From: Lepidodermella squamata
Taxonomy: Eukaryota > Animalia > Gastrotricha
NCBI GenBank assembly: GCA_047495785.1
Contig: JBLDXI010000025.1
Span: 496,001 to 560,000 of the forward strand
Length of the DNA stretch: 64,000 nucleotides
Direction of reading: 5' to 3'
The notes beneath the pieces were generated by a model that saw nothing but the letters and a program-made list of their open reading frames with translations, ran no database searches and was not told the DNA's origin. This document shows, one piece after another, positions 59,224-64,000 of this stretch. A program made the translations under genes and the position numbers. Each line of letters begins with the position of its first letter. Positions within the stretch are counted from its first letter, which is position 1.

Positions 59224-62200
59224 ATGCTGAAAATATCAGCATTTCTTCTGTTAACTACTTTTTACGGTCAAGTCGATTCTCAGTCGAAACTTGCTGGATC
59301 GAATGTTCGCCTTGATGAGGCGCAATTCATGCCTATGGGCGAATTTTGGGGTCAGACTGGCTGGAGTATTCTTCAGACCAAACTAGGCGGAAGTTCATCT
59401 TGGTACGCCTCTCAGCTTACCACGAATCTGACAGCCATATTTCAGACGGGTCGAGTTGATGCAGGAAGCAATAATTTGTTCACAATCGCGCCATGGGCCT
59501 TGAATATCATCGCCCCTGTAGCTAACATGAATGCATCTGTCGTCCAAAGCCTCCTTCAAACTTACCTTCAAGGTCGCAATTGCAGGGCTGATTATCTGAG
59601 GACGCTTATAACCAGACTTTCGCCAGGAGATCTCGAGCAATTGGCGAATGTCTCGATTTCGGGCAACGCTGCTGTAACGATTGGGAATAACTACACGCTG
59701 TCCTGCCTCAAACTGTTCGCTTCAACTTACATGCTCAAAGTCAGCCCGCAATCTCTGACAAATCAGCTCATTGATTTGCTACTGCCATCTGGGCTGTTCT
59801 TAGTACCACCATTTCTCATTCGAGACATGCAGCCCAGTGTTTTGAATTACATGATGAAGCAAATTTGTATGGCTGGCGGTACTCTGTTCGCTAACCCGGG
59901 CCAATCTGTGCCCTCGTTGCATCTGAGGGCTTTGATTGATCAGGTTGCTATGAATGCCGATGCGAAGAAGGTCAGCATGTTGACGGGTATGGACCTATGT
60001 CGGTGCTTGGCCTACGTCCGCCGGCCGATCCTTGAGGATTACGCAGCGACGGCTTTCTCTGCGACCTACGTATGTGGAAAGGCGATATACCTCGAAAATC
60101 CAGACATACCTTAGACGCAATTAATAATTCAAATTAGAAATTCTGAAAATTAAACGTAGATGCATCAAATTCACATATCAAAGGATTCATAGTTTCTACA
60201 TGGTCCCAGCCAATATAAAACAATGCAATTCTATTTCAGACAATGACGTGTTTCTTGAACGAGTCAACTGTTATGGATTTCTCCGGCGAGTTCGGTAAGT
60301 AATAGAATTGGTTCGCTGTTCGCTCAATATCTTACATCCAAAACTTTTCCCGTCTGCTATCTAGTCGACCCATTTTACTCTGTAACAAGGCCCGCCCAGC
60401 GCAACTTTATGAATCTTCTCTACTACAAAAGAGACCAGTGTCGCTACGGTCGTGGCCCAATGGTTGAGTGGACAGCATTGTCGAAGATCTACCACAAGGT
60501 GAACATGTCTTACTACGGCGTCATGAACTGCTTCTCGCTGGACCGACGTGATGCCTATCGGAAGGAGAACATTTCAGTATCTTGGGATATGTTGGACGAA
60601 GTTATGCATCGACCTTTGTCGGTCAACGACCGAGAAACTGTATGCCTAGTCTTTCGAGGCGACTACAACAACGGCAATCTATTTCTAACCGAGCAATCCA
60701 TAATAATGATAACTAATGCCGTATCGTGCTTGGCTAATTTCGAAATTCGACGAATCCCCAATGCCTATTTGTGTCTATACATCAACCTGCAACGATTCTC
60801 CGATCCGTCACGCTACATCGCACCTGAGGTCAAGTGGGAGGTCGCAAGAAAATGCTCTGGGTACCTGTTTCGCGACCAGGGGAAACTCAAGCTGGCAGCC
60901 GCATTTGGCGACCTTCTCCAATATTGGCCGCTTTCATCGCTGTTTGCTGCCGATGCGAAGGATATTCGACGAGTTTACCCCTTTATATCGGCTAATGTAC
61001 CCCAAATGCCAATATCTAGCCGCGTCATCATGGCTCAGATGATCACGACGCCTTACAACAACTCCCAATACGACCTAATGACGGAGCGGTTGTGCACGAG
61101 TTACCCCGAACTGCTGCCAACCCTGACGTTCCGCTCCAATGACTCGAGCAACTGCAAGAGCTATTCCTACATGACCTTTTCGCAAAAATTGGTCGCGGCT
61201 AAGAAGTTGATCAATGGGAATCAGGCTATTTCAAGTGCGATCTATGCCGGTAATTTGACATGGAGTCTGCTCATGACCGCTAGTGGAATTTCTTCAATGC
61301 TGGATGCTATGCCGTACAGTGTCTACTCAGCTTTCGTGCCCTATGAGGTGATTCAGGACGCAACGAGAATTGTCAACGCCTTCCCGTTCATCGACACAAA
61401 TCGCGTAAGTCCATAGACAATCACAATATTCTAAAATTGAGCTTGCTATTCAATTTTTCAGCTCAAATTGCTAAGTGAAGCTGTGATTCAAGAATTCAAA
61501 CGACGCGCCTCGGTGAAATACGGTCTCGAGAAGTACTACCCGTACGAGATGCAAGAAGCCATCTTGGACTCCATACCCTGCCAACTGCTGTACCACATTC
61601 GCCCGTACGACATCTCGAACCTCCAAAATGACATGCTCGTCTGCCGAACGCTGTCCCGAAAATGGGCCTCGTGCCCACAGTTTTTGATGAAAACTCAAAG
61701 CTACCGCGATTTCGCATGCAACGTCTTCTTCAACTGCGGCAACCAAGCGACTGACTTCGATCACATCGTGGACGACATTGGAACGTATTGCCTATGTAAC
61801 ATGACAGACACAATGCTAGTAAATTTGACCAGCAACCAAGTTACGCGAATGTTTCCATTAATATCCGAACTTCCCAACTGCATGTCCCAGTTCGCGAGAA
61901 TTATGCTCACCGCAAAAATCATCGACGCGTATCCACCGAAGAGTTACGTCACTGGACTAACCCCACCCGGCCAGGAAGCTTGGCTCACCGAAATGGGGAA
62001 GGTCACATGCAACTTGAATGCAGCCATCGTTTCTGAGCGTTACCAAGTCTTGACTTACGGAGCTTTGGCTGAGTATCTTGGAAATGTTTGCTGCTTCAAC
62101 TGGACAGTTTCTGGCACGCCGCAGCAACGCCGCATGATGCTGAGCGTGTACTTCAACAAGTCAACGGATGATCTGTGGGACATTCGTAAAATGTGTGAGC

Positions 62201-63830
62201 GTATCTACAACACAACGGCTTACATCGTGCAGAACGGCGATTCGACGAGCTCCTCCAGCCGGAAGAAGCGTGATGTTGATGATGAGAAGGTTATTGTTGT
62301 GCCGTCAAATCGAACGAAACCCAGCGCCGACTGCTCAGAGGGGCAGTGTACCCTGCCGGATGGATGGGAAGAAGACGAGGACGAGACGATTACTTCTGTT
62401 ATCCAGAAAACCCAAGCTCTGGGACAGCTTAGTCGCAAAAAACGTGATAGTATGTCAGCCAATCAGCTTTGAAATACTCCCTTAGAGTAGCCGTTTCAAA
62501 TTAGAGCGTTCGAGATAATTTAAAAAATATTAATCATGAATACTGAAATTGAGTATTGAAAATTTGCTGATATGATAGCGACTAGACAACCTCGCATCGC
62601 GTAAGTAAATACAAATTGCACTAAGCTTCTTTTGCGCTGTAGTAAACACCAAGCTTTTAGCCTGTCATACTGCTGCTAAAGCACGATTTTTTTCTTTATT
62701 TCAGTTGAGGTGAACAATTTCATATGGACATGCCCATTGTTGAAGGCCGTAACCAAGGACGCTATGTACCTGCTGACGGCCGATGACATTGTCGCATTAA
62801 AACATCTCGACTTCGTGCGCTGTTTGAGCTTCTTCGGCTCGACGCCTTCGCCGAGTCGCAATTTCAGCCTGGCAATTATCGAACGCATCCGAACTGAACT
62901 ATCACGATATTTCAGCTGGTGTGATACACAAGACCGTGTTCTGCTGCAACTCGGCTATACGGCGACTATTTTAACCCCGCAGAACATTTCGTGCCTGAAC
63001 ATGACGGATGAAGTTGTCGCTGCTTGGGGTGAAATTGATGCGTTCAATACGTCGCAGCTGCAGGCCATCGCTAATCGTTACATTAATGTCACGCTATCGG
63101 TCAATGGATCGGATTTCGACGTCTACAACATGATGGTGATGGGGCACATATTATGCGGCCTTGATCCCATCTACTTTTCAACGTCGTTCCTGGAAGATTG
63201 GGAATTTGAGTAAGTTCTAATTATTTACTTCTATTTGAAAAGGAGAGGATGAGGGTTTTTTGCTAAAACGGGAAAATACGTCGATAGGCATTCATGCTTG
63301 ATTAAATCGAACGGAACAAGGATTTCATTCTTCTTTCATTTTTTAGAATGCTAGTCCCTGTGATCTCACGTCTGCGAAACTGCAGCTTAGACATGCTGTC
63401 AGTTTTCCTTCAACGAGCTAAATCTGTTCAGCTGTACGGGCCTGTCAGCAAATGGCAAGAAGAGCATTTCTCCGAACTAGGTCTAATGGTTGCTGGTATG
63501 ACTGACGATGAGGCAAAAGCTCTGACTCAGATGCAGCTCCGTTGGCTCGGCGAGTACGTCCTAAAACAGTGGGGCTTTGTCTCCAAACTGACGGCGGACC
63601 AATTGCAGAGCCTACTGCCCGAACAGGTTCGCTACATTTGGCCAGTCGCCGCTGAGGACTCGCCGATTAATGAAACCTTCAGCAAGGAGCAGCTAAATGC
63701 TCTGCTGATTGCTGAATTGGACGATATGTACCTTGCTCCGCCTCCTGGCATGTACTCAGGCGGGACTGTTCTCATCGCATCGATCGGGTTTATTTTTCTC
63801 AGCCTTGCTGTTAAACTTTTCGGTATTTAA
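59224..63830 (+). CDS. large stereocilin/otoancorin/mesothelin-family-like surface protein, probably GPI-anchored
   Basis: Signal peptide; Leu/Cys-rich helical repeats; C-terminal motifs LLQLG, MGHILCGL, YGPVSKW...ELG...AGM; hydrophobic C-terminus with no tail; about six exons. Confidence 0.75.
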
Positions 63831-64000
63831 ACTTTTGCATCTCTCTATTTTGATTTTATTCCGGTTGATGTAAATTTTATTATCTGATCTGAAATTACCA
63901 TTCAAAACCCTGATGATACATTGTAGCAGACTTTCAGACTTTATCTGTGATTCCTAGATTTTCATTATTTTGAGTAATTTCTAATAATAAAACAAAGAAA

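Overview
Eukaryotic (invertebrate metazoan-type) genomic window with compact genes and mostly 40-55 nt GT-AG introns; the taxon cannot be assigned from the sequence alone. The dominant feature is a family of seven ~380-aa, essentially intronless, highly divergent Cys-loop (pentameric ligand-gated ion channel) genes: four in tandem at 1.1-10.7 kb (minus strand) and three at 34-45 kb (plus strand, one split by a TA-duplicating MITE). They keep the Cys-loop and four TM helices, lack the acetylcholine aromatic box and loop-C cysteines, share a four-cysteine N-terminal motif and have a very short M3-M4 loop. This is the architecture known from cephalopod chemotactile receptors, so they are a candidate independently evolved chemosensory receptor family (inference). 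Between the two groups lies an intron-rich nAChR subunit. Also present: three tandem atypical nuclear receptors, an intronless GABA-B-like class C GPCR, two LamG/EGF genes (one damaged), two double C-type-lectin-like genes, a stereocilin/otoancorin-like protein with two RKKR sites, a small spliced type I membrane protein missed by the ORF track, a minimal hammerhead ribozyme after a probable Penelope remnant, a 5'-truncated LINE, a decayed MULE and many MITEs with identifiable TSDs. All alignments were done by eye.
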